From: an uncultured Clostridia bacterium
GTDB lineage: Bacteria > Bacillota > Clostridia > Christensenellales > CAG-917
Direction of reading: 5' to 3'
DNA: 64,000 nt
Assembly: GCA_949286725.1 (NCBI GenBank)
Contig: CASECZ010000005.1
Location: 5,648-69,647, forward strand
How positions within the stretch are numbered: the first letter of the stretch is position 1; each line of letters begins with the position of its first letter. Below, piece by piece: positions 32,655 to 41,426 of this stretch. A program made the translations under genes and the position numbers. The notes beneath the pieces are model-generated. The model was not told the DNA's origin, searched no databases, and saw only the letters and a list, made by a program, of their open reading frames with translations.

Positions 32655-34670
32655 ATGGACTATATTAAAAAAGGTTTTGTGGATTATGTTGCGAAGCACA
32701 AAGTCGCCGTAATCTTTTTGATTGTATGTCTTGTCGTAATCTTCCTCAGCAGTTTTGCCGCATCCGCCGTTCAGACCGACGGCTGGTCCGTGGAGGTTAC
32801 GGACTTGCGCGATGTGGAAAACGAAGGTACGAAGATTATAACGACGGTTGACGAAAACGACGTTGTTACGGAAAAAGAAGTGGCAATCGAAGGTAAAGTC
32901 GTCAGCGGAATATTGTTCGTTCCCGAAAAAGCCAGTGCGGAAAATCCGCTTCCCGGCATTGTTCTTACGCACGGCTACCTCAACAACCGCGAAATGCAGT
33001 TGCAGAACGCAATCGAACTCGCACGCCGCGGTTTTGTTGTCGTGACGATCGACCGCGAGGGTCACGGCAATTACGAAAATACGGGTTCCACCAACGCAAT
33101 GATGGCGACGAGCGGTATGTACGACGCCGTCAAATACCTGTACAACCTCGATTACGTAGACAAAACGAAAATCGGCATTTCCGGTCATTCGATGGGCGGC
33201 TATACAACGGCGAGCGTTCTTATGCAGGACGCAGCAAACGGGTACAATCTCGTTGCCGCCGGTTTAATGCAGGCGTGGAGTACGTTTATGGGCGCAGGTG
33301 CGAACGTAGACGTGGGCTTCCTCAAAGCCTATGACGACGAATTCTTCTTTACTACAAAAGAAAACGGCGGAACGATTTCCAGAGAATTCATGAGCACGAC
33401 GACCGCGAAAACCTTTGTGGGTAACGCCACGATGGAAGGTGCGGTGCAGAGCGGTACCATTTACGTGGGAGGCACTCCCGTGGAAACGGTGGGCGGACAG
33501 GCGGTTGACGGCACGTTCAGAGTTATCTATGAAATCCCCGGCGTTCACCCTCAAAACCATTGTTCGGTCGAAGGCGCCGAGGCTGTCGTAAACTTCTTCT
33601 ACAACTCGTTCGGAACTCCGTCCGGATATGAATATATCGAAGAAACCAGTCAGACGTGGTGGGTCAAGGAGATGTTCTCTCTCATCGGACTGATTGCATT
33701 CTTCGCACTTCTGTTCCCGTTGGTCAGCTTGCTGCTTACGGTTCCGTTCTTCCGTTCGCTTGCAGTCGGCAAACAGGAAACCAACGAAAACGGCGAACTC
33801 GTCTGGGTCGGCAACGCACCCGTGGAGCCCAAGCCCCTCAAAGGCGTGAGAAAGAATCTGACGTACTGGCTCGGAGCAATCGGCATAATGCTGTTCAGCG
33901 GCTTCGTAATTCAGAGCGTATGCACGGAGTACGGCGGCAAGTGGTTCCCCAACACGCAACTTTACCCGCAGGATACCACCAACTGGGTCGCGATGTGGGC
34001 AGTCGTGGTGGCGTTGTTCTCGCTTGCGGTGATACTGTTCTTCTGGGTTGTCAACAAAGCGGCGAACCGCATCAAATATCACGAAGACGCACCTTTGTAT
34101 GATGACAATCCGTTTGCGGCAGGCAAGATACCCACAGGTCTGGCGGGGTTGGCAAAAACCTTCCTGCTGGCAATGGTGACGGTGTTCATAATGTTCCTGA
34201 TACTGTTCGTCAACTGGTCCTGCTGGACTGTGGACTTCCGTATCTGGACGTTCGCCGTCAAGGTATTCGACGTTGGAGTCATGTTGCCCACAATGGTGAG
34301 ATACGCAGTATTCTTCGGCATCTTCTTCACCGTCAGCGCGCTCTTCAACGAGAACTACCGCGCAAAGAACCTTCCCGAATGGGCGAGCATTCTCATCAAC
34401 GTATTCTTCAACATATTCGGTGTGTTGCTGGTCATAGCCATTCAGTACGGCGAATTCACGACGACGGGCGTGATGTGGCAACCCGATATGGCACTCGGCT
34501 ACATCGTACTCATCCCGATGGTGCCCATCCTCGCCATAGCAACCGTGATATCCAGAAGAATGACGGCAAAGACGGGCAATATGTGGCTCGGTGCATTCAT
34601 CAACACCATGTTGTTCACAATCATCACCTGCGCGAACACGGCATCCTCTTTCGCCTATGTGATGGGCTGA
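32655..34670 (+). CDS. Alpha/beta-hydrolase domain fused to a polytopic membrane domain
   Basis: Strong RBS AAAGGAG before the ATG at 32655. N-terminal TM segment, then a hydrolase core (VLTHGYLNNRE...GISGHSMGG), then about 8 predicted TM segments in the C-terminal 330 aa. Confidence 0.75.
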   Translation: MDYIKKGFVDYVAKHKVAVIFLIVCLVVIFLSSFAASAVQTDGWSVEVTDLRDVENEGTKIITTVDENDVVTEKEVAIEGKVVSGILFVPEKASAENPLPGIVLTHGYLNNREMQLQNAIELARRGFVVVTIDREGHGNYENTGSTNAMMATSGMYDAVKYLYNLDYVDKTKIGISGHSMGGYTTASVLMQDAANGYNLVAAGLMQAWSTFMGAGANVDVGFLKAYDDEFFFTTKENGGTISREFMSTTTAKTFVGNATMEGAVQSGTIYVGGTPVETVGGQAVDGTFRVIYEIPGVHPQNHCSVEGAEAVVNFFYNSFGTPSGYEYIEETSQTWWVKEMFSLIGLIAFFALLFPLVSLLLTVPFFRSLAVGKQETNENGELVWVGNAPVEPKPLKGVRKNLTYWLGAIGIMLFSGFVIQSVCTEYGGKWFPNTQLYPQDTTNWVAMWAVVVALFSLAVILFFWVVNKAANRIKYHEDAPLYDDNPFAAGKIPTGLAGLAKTFLLAMVTVFIMFLILFVNWSCWTVDFRIWTFAVKVFDVGVMLPTMVRYAVFFGIFFTVSALFNENYRAKNLPEWASILINVFFNIFGVLLVIAIQYGEFTTTGVMWQPDMALGYIVLIPMVPILAIATVISRRMTAKTGNMWLGAFINTMLFTIITCANTASSFAYVMG

Positions 34671-34758
34671 TAACAATCCTCTCGAAAAAGACGCCCCGAC
34701 CGGGGGCGTCTTTTTCATTGTCGCGGGATGCGGAATTTTCTAGGGTGCGGGCGTGCAA

Positions 34759-35223
34759 TCAGTGCACGGGAACGATTTTGGACACGACCTTGTCCTTTTC
34801 GATGACGGTGTATGCGTAGGACGGGGCAGTGAACCGCGACTGTCCCAACGAGCCGGGATTGACGAGGGTGACCCCGTCGTCTTTTATTATCTCGGGCAGG
34901 TGCGTATGACCGAAGAAAACGAGGGAGCAACCGAGTTCCTTGGCACGGCAGGAAAGAGGGAGCAGGTCCGTTTTTACGCGGTATGCGTCGCCGTGCGTGA
35001 GCAGGACGCGTACGCTTTCGATTTCGACCACGGTTTCATGCGGGAGGTCGATATAATCGCAGTTGCCTTTGACGGCGTAAAAGCCCTTGTGCGCGCTCAG
35101 TTCCCGAAGTCTCGCGGCACCGTCTCCGAGGAAAAAGACATAGTCGCTCTCCTCCGTAACGGGCATCAGAGAAGGGGGAAACGAGGACTCGTGAATATCC
35201 GAGAATGCAAATATCGTTTTCAT
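34759..35223 (-). CDS. YfcE/MJ0936-type metallophosphoesterase (YsnB-like)
   Basis: MKTIFAFSDIHES..., GDGAARL, GNCD, LLTHGD and FFGHTH motifs. Downstream of rdgB, as in Bacillus ysnA-ysnB. Confidence 0.85.
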   Translation of the reverse strand: MKTIFAFSDIHESSFPPSLMPVTEESDYVFFLGDGAARLRELSAHKGFYAVKGNCDYIDLPHETVVEIESVRVLLTHGDAYRVKTDLLPLSCRAKELGCSLVFFGHTHLPEIIKDDGVTLVNPGSLGQSRFTAPSYAYTVIEKDKVVSKIVPVH

Positions 35224-35255
35224 ACAATCGCAGGTTTACAAAAAAAAACGAAGCA

Positions 35256-35846
35256 TTAAACTTCGTTTTGTTGATTTTCGAGCAATTCGAGCATATTGCG
35301 CAGGGCGCGCCCTCTGTGGCTGACTGAGTTCTTCTCGTCGGGGTTTGCCTCGGCAAATGTCTTGCCTATTTCGTCGCAGAAAAACAGGGGGTCGTAGCCG
35401 AAACCGTTGTTGCCGCGCGGAGCGTCCAGAATGTGTCCTTCGACGCGTCCTTCGGCGGTCAGTTCCTTGCCGTCGGGGTAGCTCAGCGCGATGACGGAAC
35501 AGAAGTGTGCCGTGCGGTCTTTGCCTTGCAGATTTTTGACGAGCAGGGCGTTGTTTTTGGCGTCGTCGTGTTCCTCGCCCGCATAGCGCGCGGAGTAAAC
35601 GCCGGGTGCGCCGTCCAGCGCGTCGACCATAAGTCCGCTGTCGTCGGCGAGTGCGGGAATCCCCGCAATATCGCGTATGGTGCGCGCCTTTATGAGCGCG
35701 TTTTCGGTGAGGGTGCTTCCCGTTTCGGCGATGTCGATTTCTATGCCGAGGTCTTCGAGAGAGTACATCGCGTCGAAATGTCCTCCCAGTACCGCGCGTA
35801 TTTCTTTGAGTTTGTTTTTGTTGTTGGTGGCAATGGCTATTTTCAT
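35256..35846 (-). CDS. rdgB: dITP/XTP pyrophosphatase (RdgB/HAM1 family)
   Basis: MKIAIATNNKNKLKEIRAVL..., FGYDPLF and SHRGRAL motifs. Confidence 0.92.
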   Translation of the reverse strand: MKIAIATNNKNKLKEIRAVLGGHFDAMYSLEDLGIEIDIAETGSTLTENALIKARTIRDIAGIPALADDSGLMVDALDGAPGVYSARYAGEEHDDAKNNALLVKNLQGKDRTAHFCSVIALSYPDGKELTAEGRVEGHILDAPRGNNGFGYDPLFFCDEIGKTFAEANPDEKNSVSHRGRALRNMLELLENQQNEV

Positions 35847-37565
35847 TTACGCCTCGATGAGACTCTTCGTGTTATCCTTGGACCTCTTGGAGAAACTGCG
35901 CACGGATTTGGCGACGTTGACGAAGTGGTCGGCTATTCTCTCGCTGTCGGAGACGAAGGAGGTGAACAGCACGCCGCTGTCGGGAGTGCAAAGTCCTTGG
36001 TCGAGTCTGGTGATGTGGTTTGCGGTGATTTGTTCGGAGTAGGCGTCGATTGCGTCCTCCGTGTCGTATATGTTGCCCAGCAGCGTCAGGTCGTTGTCGC
36101 TGTATTCGAGCATGACGCTTTCGGCAAGTGCGTCGATTTTGGACTTTATTTCCTTGATTTCGCTTATGGCATCCTGCGAGAACGTGTCGTTGGAACTCTG
36201 CATTTTCTGCGCGTATTCCATTATGTTTTCGGCGTAGTCGCCTATGCGTTCGAGGTCGCTGACGGTGTGATACACGGTGGACAGAAACACGTTGTCGGCG
36301 GCGTTTACGTCGGCTTTGGAGAGTTTGACGTTGAAGCGCACGATTTCGCGGTTGAGGAAGTTGAGTTCCTCTTCGTTGCGAACGAAAGTATCCTTGTCCG
36401 CGAAGTCGAGGGTGCAGAGCATATTGGCGGCGCAGTCGAAGTTGTAGAGCGCGATTTCCGCCATATTAAGCACTTCCTTGCGCATCTGCGCCACCGCGAT
36501 AGGCGGAGTGGAAAGGAAGTGTTCTTCTAGATAAATGAGTTTGGGGGCGTCGGGGTCGGGCTTCTTCTTGCGCTCGGGCAATATCTTCGTGACCAGTTTC
36601 ACCAACAAGTTGGTGAACGGAAGAATTATTATGACCGTGATGACATTGAAGAAGGTGTGGAACATTGCGAGTTGCGTGGACGGCACGTTGGGGAACATTT
36701 TCTGGAACAGAGAACCGAAAGTGACCGCGCCGTGCGACGCTTCGCGCATAATGACGCCGGCAATCATGAACAGTATGACGCCCGAAATGTTGAAAATAAG
36801 GTGGATGAGAGCGGTGCGTTTCGCGTTGGTGGAACTGCCTATGCCCGCGATGACGGCGACGACGCACGAGCCTATGTTGCTGCCCATCGTGAGGTAGATG
36901 CCCTGGTCGAGGGAAATCAGCCCCGAAAACACCATCGTGATTGCGATGCCCGTCATGACGGAGGAACTCTGGATAACCGCGGTGAGCACCGCGCCTATTA
37001 TGACGAGGAGCAGGGGATTTGATATCGCGGCGAGGAACGCCTGAACACCGAGGCTTTCCTCTTCGGTGAATATCGCCATTGCCGAACTCATCATATCGAG
37101 TGCGACGAAGATGAGTCCGAAGCCGAGCAGAATACCGCCCGATTTTCTGACGATGTCCTTTTTGGAGAACATCACCATGCATGCACCGATAAACGTAAAC
37201 GTGGAGAAGATGACGGTCGTGGAAATGGTTTCGCCGAGGGTGCCGAGTGCGACGATCTGACCCGTGATGGTGGTGCCGATGTTTGCGCCGAAAATTATGG
37301 TCGCCGCCTGCGGCAGAGTCATCAAAGAGGCGTTGACGAAGCCTATGACCATTACGCTGACCGCACCGGAACTCTGAATCGCCGCCGTTGTGACAGTGCC
37401 TATGCCCACGCCGAGCAGTTTGCTTTTGGAAGTTTTGGAGAACAGGGCTTTGAGCTTATTGCCGCTCACGGATTCCAAGTTGGAACTGAGAAACTTGGTG
37501 GCGATAAGAAAGACGCCTATACCGGCGAGCAGAGAAAGTATTGCGGAAATGATAAGTACAGCCAT
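35847..37565 (-). CDS. Na/Pi cotransporter family protein with PhoU-like C-terminal domain
   Basis: Two NptA repeats (GANIGTTITGQ and GSNIGSCVVA) and C-terminal PhoU-type helices. Start at M42 of ORF 35847-37688. The RBS is weak, so the start is uncertain. Confidence 0.8.
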   Translation of the reverse strand: MAVLIISAILSLLAGIGVFLIATKFLSSNLESVSGNKLKALFSKTSKSKLLGVGIGTVTTAAIQSSGAVSVMVIGFVNASLMTLPQAATIIFGANIGTTITGQIVALGTLGETISTTVIFSTFTFIGACMVMFSKKDIVRKSGGILLGFGLIFVALDMMSSAMAIFTEEESLGVQAFLAAISNPLLLVIIGAVLTAVIQSSSVMTGIAITMVFSGLISLDQGIYLTMGSNIGSCVVAVIAGIGSSTNAKRTALIHLIFNISGVILFMIAGVIMREASHGAVTFGSLFQKMFPNVPSTQLAMFHTFFNVITVIIILPFTNLLVKLVTKILPERKKKPDPDAPKLIYLEEHFLSTPPIAVAQMRKEVLNMAEIALYNFDCAANMLCTLDFADKDTFVRNEEELNFLNREIVRFNVKLSKADVNAADNVFLSTVYHTVSDLERIGDYAENIMEYAQKMQSSNDTFSQDAISEIKEIKSKIDALAESVMLEYSDNDLTLLGNIYDTEDAIDAYSEQITANHITRLDQGLCTPDSGVLFTSFVSDSERIADHFVNVAKSVRSFSKRSKDNTKSLIEA

Positions 37566-37742
37566 AGTTTTCGCTAGTGAACCCTCTCCAAAAAGAGCGT
37601 GAAACCGTCCGAGCGCAACGCGCGTCCGATGTGCACTGCAATTTATTATAAAGATTTGCAACGGAATTGTAAACGATTTGAACCACATTGCGAGAAGTTG
37701 TCATTGCAATGTAAAAAAGAAAATCCTTGCGTCAAAAGGAGG

Positions 37743-38966
37743 TCAACGCTTGAAAGGCAGGAAATCGTCGTCCTCGTGGAGGTTGGTCGCGAGGTCGTTT
37801 TGGAGCATAAGCCCGCGCTTTACGGATTTATATCCGTATTTGTCGCGGATTTTGTCTATGCTGCGTTCGAGTTTGTCCTCGCGGTCGTCGTCATCGTCGA
37901 ATATGGACAGTTGAGTCACGTTGTTGTCCGAAAGGCGTATCGCCGCCACGCTGACGGCGCGCAACGGCGCGGGGAACTGATGCAATTTGTCGAGAAGTCT
38001 GACGGCGGCTTCGGCTATGTCCGCCGCGTTGGAAGTCGGGCGGGGAAGCGCGCATTGCACGGACTTGTGGCTGAGCGACGCTTCGCGCACGGAAAGTCCG
38101 ATACCTCCCGCGGACAGATTGAAACGGCGCAGTCGTACCGCCACGAGTTCGGCAAGCGCGTATATGACCATGCGCGCCTCTTCCTTTGTGGTCATATCCC
38201 GCGGCGTGGTCGTGCCGTGACTCACGCTTTTCGGAATGCGGGTGGCGTAGTAGAGCGCGACTTCGTCGTTGTTCACGCCCCTCGCCGCATCGGACATCTT
38301 GTCGGCGATTATGCCGAAATGTTCGCGCAGCATTCCTCTGTCGGCGGCGGCGAGTTGCTCAATGGTGCGGATATTCAGTTTTTCCAGTTTCTGCGCCGTT
38401 TTTTTGCCTATCATTATGAGTTCGGCAGGGGACATTTTGCCTATTTTTTGCATATAGTCCGCGCGGTCCAGCACAACGGTCGCGTCGGGCTTTTTGAGGT
38501 CGCTTCCGAGTTTTGCGAGTACTTTGGTGAAGGATACGCCGACGGAAATCGTCAGTCCCGTGCGTTCCTTTACCGTTTCGCGGATTTTGTCGGCAATCTC
38601 CTTGCCGCTGCCGAAAAGTCCGAGCGACTCCGTGACGTCGAGCCAGCATTCGTCCAGTCCGAAACTCTCCACGCGGTCGGTGAATTCGGTGTATATGGAA
38701 AACACCTGTTTGCTGTACCGCACGTATTCGTCGTAGTGAGGGGGAACGAAAACGATGGACGGACATTTCTGCCGCGAAATCCAGATTGCCTCGCCCGTTG
38801 TGACGCCCGCTTCCTTTGCAGGCATGTTCTTCGCCAGCACTATGCCGTGACGCACTTCGGGATTTCCGCATACGGCAAGCGGCAACCCGTCGTATTCGGG
38901 GTGCATCTTCTGTTCCACCGACGCGTAAAAATTATTCAGGTCGCAGTGCAGTATGGTTCTGTCCAT
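37743..38966 (-). CDS. dinB: DNA polymerase IV (Y-family)
   Basis: MDRTILHCDLNNFYASVEQ... and the SIDECWLDVT-like motif GLDECWLDVT. 407 aa, internal to ORF 37743-40043. Confidence 0.9.
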   Translation of the reverse strand: MDRTILHCDLNNFYASVEQKMHPEYDGLPLAVCGNPEVRHGIVLAKNMPAKEAGVTTGEAIWISRQKCPSIVFVPPHYDEYVRYSKQVFSIYTEFTDRVESFGLDECWLDVTESLGLFGSGKEIADKIRETVKERTGLTISVGVSFTKVLAKLGSDLKKPDATVVLDRADYMQKIGKMSPAELIMIGKKTAQKLEKLNIRTIEQLAAADRGMLREHFGIIADKMSDAARGVNNDEVALYYATRIPKSVSHGTTTPRDMTTKEEARMVIYALAELVAVRLRRFNLSAGGIGLSVREASLSHKSVQCALPRPTSNAADIAEAAVRLLDKLHQFPAPLRAVSVAAIRLSDNNVTQLSIFDDDDDREDKLERSIDKIRDKYGYKSVKRGLMLQNDLATNLHEDDDFLPFKR

Positions 38967-38988
38967 AAAGATATTATAACAAATAATG

Positions 38989-39017
38989 TTGCAAATCAAA
39001 GCGCAAAGAAGTATAAT
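38989..39017 (+). promoter_or_regulatory. Promoter candidate for galE-mcsA-mcsB-clpC
   Basis: TTGCAA, 17-nt spacer, TATAAT. Confidence 0.5.
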
Positions 39018-39080
39018 CATAAAAAAAATATTACGCGTATGCGCGCCCGTCGCGGCGCGTGGCGTAAAAGGAGCGAAACT

Positions 39081-40067
39081 ATGATTTTGGTCACCGGCGG
39101 AGCAGGTTACATAGGCTCTCATACCGTCAGAGAACTCCGTGAAAGAGGCATGGACGTCGTCGTGTACGACAATCTCGTGACGGGTCACATCGAAGCCGTC
39201 GGCGACGCGCCTTTCGTCAAAGGCGACATCTTCGACAAAGACTTGCTCGTCAGCACTTTCCGCAAATACGGGGTGGACTCCGTCATTCATTTCGCCGCAT
39301 ATTCCCTCGTCGGCGAAAGCATGACCAACCCCGCGAAATACTACCGCAACAACGTGGCGGGTACGCTCTCGCTGCTTGACGCAATGCTCGAAGCGGGCGT
39401 CAAATATCTCGTCTTTTCGTCCTCGGCGGCGACTTACGGCGACACGGGTGACGGGCTTATCACGGAGGACAGTCCCCAGCGTCCGACCAGCGTCTACGGA
39501 CAGACCAAGCTGATGATGGAACAGTTCATGAGCGACTACGACAAGGCGTACGGAATGAAGTACGTCGCCCTGCGTTATTTCAACGCGGCGGGCGCGCACC
39601 GCGACGGCGACATCGGCGAGGCGCACAACCCCGAAAGTCACCTCATTCCCATCATACTGCAAGCCGCTCTCGGAAAGCGCGACCACATCGGCATTTTCGG
39701 CGACGACTATCCCACCCGCGACGGCACGTGCATCAGGGACTATATCCACATCACCGACCTCGCGGACGCGCATATCCGCGCGCTGGATTACCTCAAAAAC
39801 GGCGGCAAATCCACCTACTACAACCTCGGCAACGGCAACGGATTTTCCGTCAAGGAGGTCATCGAAACCGCGCGCAAGGTCACGGGGCTCGACATCAAGA
39901 GCGTGGTCGAGGGCAGACGTGCGGGCGACCCCGCGACGTTGGTGGCGTCCAGCGACAAAATCAAACGCGAACTCGGCTGGAAACCCCGCTACGACAGCCT
40001 CGAAGAAATCGTGGCGTCCGCGTGGAAGTGGCACAGCACCCACCCCGACGGGTTCAAGAAGAGCTGA
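39081..40067 (+). CDS. galE: UDP-glucose 4-epimerase
   Basis: MILVTGGAGYIGSHTVREL and YGQTKLMMEQ (YxxxK); 328 aa. AAGGAG RBS. Confidence 0.92.
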   Translation: MILVTGGAGYIGSHTVRELRERGMDVVVYDNLVTGHIEAVGDAPFVKGDIFDKDLLVSTFRKYGVDSVIHFAAYSLVGESMTNPAKYYRNNVAGTLSLLDAMLEAGVKYLVFSSSAATYGDTGDGLITEDSPQRPTSVYGQTKLMMEQFMSDYDKAYGMKYVALRYFNAAGAHRDGDIGEAHNPESHLIPIILQAALGKRDHIGIFGDDYPTRDGTCIRDYIHITDLADAHIRALDYLKNGGKSTYYNLGNGNGFSVKEVIETARKVTGLDIKSVVEGRRAGDPATLVASSDKIKRELGWKPRYDSLEEIVASAWKWHSTHPDGFKKS

Positions 40068-40069
40068 CT

Positions 40070-40408
40070 ATGCTTTGCGACCTGTGCGGCAAAAAGACCG
40101 CCACGCTGGTGGACAGAACGGTCGTAAATAACGGCATTGCCGAATACCGCTTTTGCGAGGACTGCTACAAGGCGATAATGAAGTCGGGCAGGACGGCGTT
40201 CGACGTTATGCAGGAAGTGCTTGCCCGCAAGGGCAAGGAGTGTCCCGTGTGCGGCACGACGGCGGAGGATTTCCGCAGTTCGTTTATGTTCGGTTGTCCC
40301 GAGTGTTACCGCAATATGCGCGACATCGCCGTCGCGGCGGCGGAAGCCACCCAGAACGCCTCCGTCCATATAGGAAAGAGACGCAAGGGAGGACGCGATG
40401 GACAATAA
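40070..40408 (+). CDS. mcsA: McsA-like zinc-finger protein (protein arginine kinase activator), short form
   Basis: 112 aa with four CxxC pairs (C4/C7, C29/C32, C58/C61, C76/C79). Immediately upstream of, and overlapping, mcsB. No UVR-type C-terminal segment is evident. Confidence 0.65.
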   Translation: MLCDLCGKKTATLVDRTVVNNGIAEYRFCEDCYKAIMKSGRTAFDVMQEVLARKGKECPVCGTTAEDFRSSFMFGCPECYRNMRDIAVAAAEATQNASVHIGKRRKGGRDGQ

Positions 40409-41426
40409 GGAAACCTACGAACTGACGCGGTTCAACGTCATATCCTCGCGCATCAGACTTGCACGCAACATAGAGGGACTGCCGTTTCCGAACTGCAAGA
40501 GCGCAAGCGTGAACAGAGGCAAATTCCTCGCCTTCATGAAGGGCGCGGAAAACGCCGCGAAAGGGCTGTTCGACTACAACTTCTTCTTTATGAAGAACCT
40601 GAACGCCACGGAGAAGCTGGCAATGGTGGAAAGGCATCTTATATCGCCCGCTTTGCAGAACAACTCCGCGACGGGAGCGGTCATTCTGGAAAAGACGGAA
40701 GGTATGTCGGTTATGCTCAACGAGGAGGACCATGTGCGCGAACAGTGCGTGCAGGAGGGGTTCAATCTTCCGCTTGCGTACAAGCGCGTCAGCCGCTACG
40801 ACGACAGGCTGATGGATGAATTGCCCGTCGCATACGACGACAGACTGGGCTTTCTGACCGCGTGTCCGACCAATCTCGGCACGGGAATGAGAGCGTCGAC
40901 GATGCTGTTTCTGCCCGCGCTGAAACTGGCGGGAGCCATCGAAACCGCGCTGTCGAAGTTCGTCAACGACTACGGTCTTACCGTGCGCGGCGTGTACGGC
41001 GAAGGCAGCAGCGCGCTGGGCGATATGTATCAACTCTCCAACACCCGCACCCTCGGCGAGACGGAGGAGAACATAATCGAAATTATGGAACGGGCGACCG
41101 TGGAAATGTGCCTCCACGAGAGCCGCGCGAGGGAGAAACTGGCACACAAAAGCGGCGCCGAACTTTACGACAAAGTGTGTCGCAGTTACGGGGTTCTGCT
41201 CAACGCGTACATGCTCACGTCAGCGGAACTGATGACTTTGATATCGGACGTAAAACTCGGCGTAATACTCAACATTCTGCCGCTTAAAGATACAAAACCG
41301 CTTGATAAACTGCTTGTTTTGTGTTCTGCGGCAAATCTTACACTGGCTACCAAGGGTTGTGCTCCCGCGCAACGCGACATCGTGCGGGCGCAACTTGTGA
41401 AGGGCATCTTAAAGGAGACAAAATGA
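40398..41426 (+). CDS. mcsB: Protein arginine kinase (ATP:guanido phosphotransferase)
   Basis: SSRIRLARNIEGLPFP, NEEDHVREQ and CPTNLGTGMRAS motifs. Confidence 0.9.
   Translation: MDNKETYELTRFNVISSRIRLARNIEGLPFPNCKSASVNRGKFLAFMKGAENAAKGLFDYNFFFMKNLNATEKLAMVERHLISPALQNNSATGAVILEKTEGMSVMLNEEDHVREQCVQEGFNLPLAYKRVSRYDDRLMDELPVAYDDRLGFLTACPTNLGTGMRASTMLFLPALKLAGAIETALSKFVNDYGLTVRGVYGEGSSALGDMYQLSNTRTLGETEENIIEIMERATVEMCLHESRAREKLAHKSGAELYDKVCRSYGVLLNAYMLTSAELMTLISDVKLGVILNILPLKDTKPLDKLLVLCSAANLTLATKGCAPAQRDIVRAQLVKGILKETK

Noticed and set aside
38995-39011. CtsR operator in the galE/clpC promoter (ATCAAAGCGCAAAG)
   Set aside because: It is only a loose resemblance to the GGTCAAA-N3-GGTCAAA repeat. 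It lies inside the promoter spacer, and no ctsR gene is nearby.
37599-39080. N-terminal 494 codons of the 822-aa plus-strand ORF
   Set aside because: This part is antisense to dinB. GalE begins at the ATG at 39081, with an AAGGAG RBS and the canonical MILVTGGAGYIGSH N-terminus.
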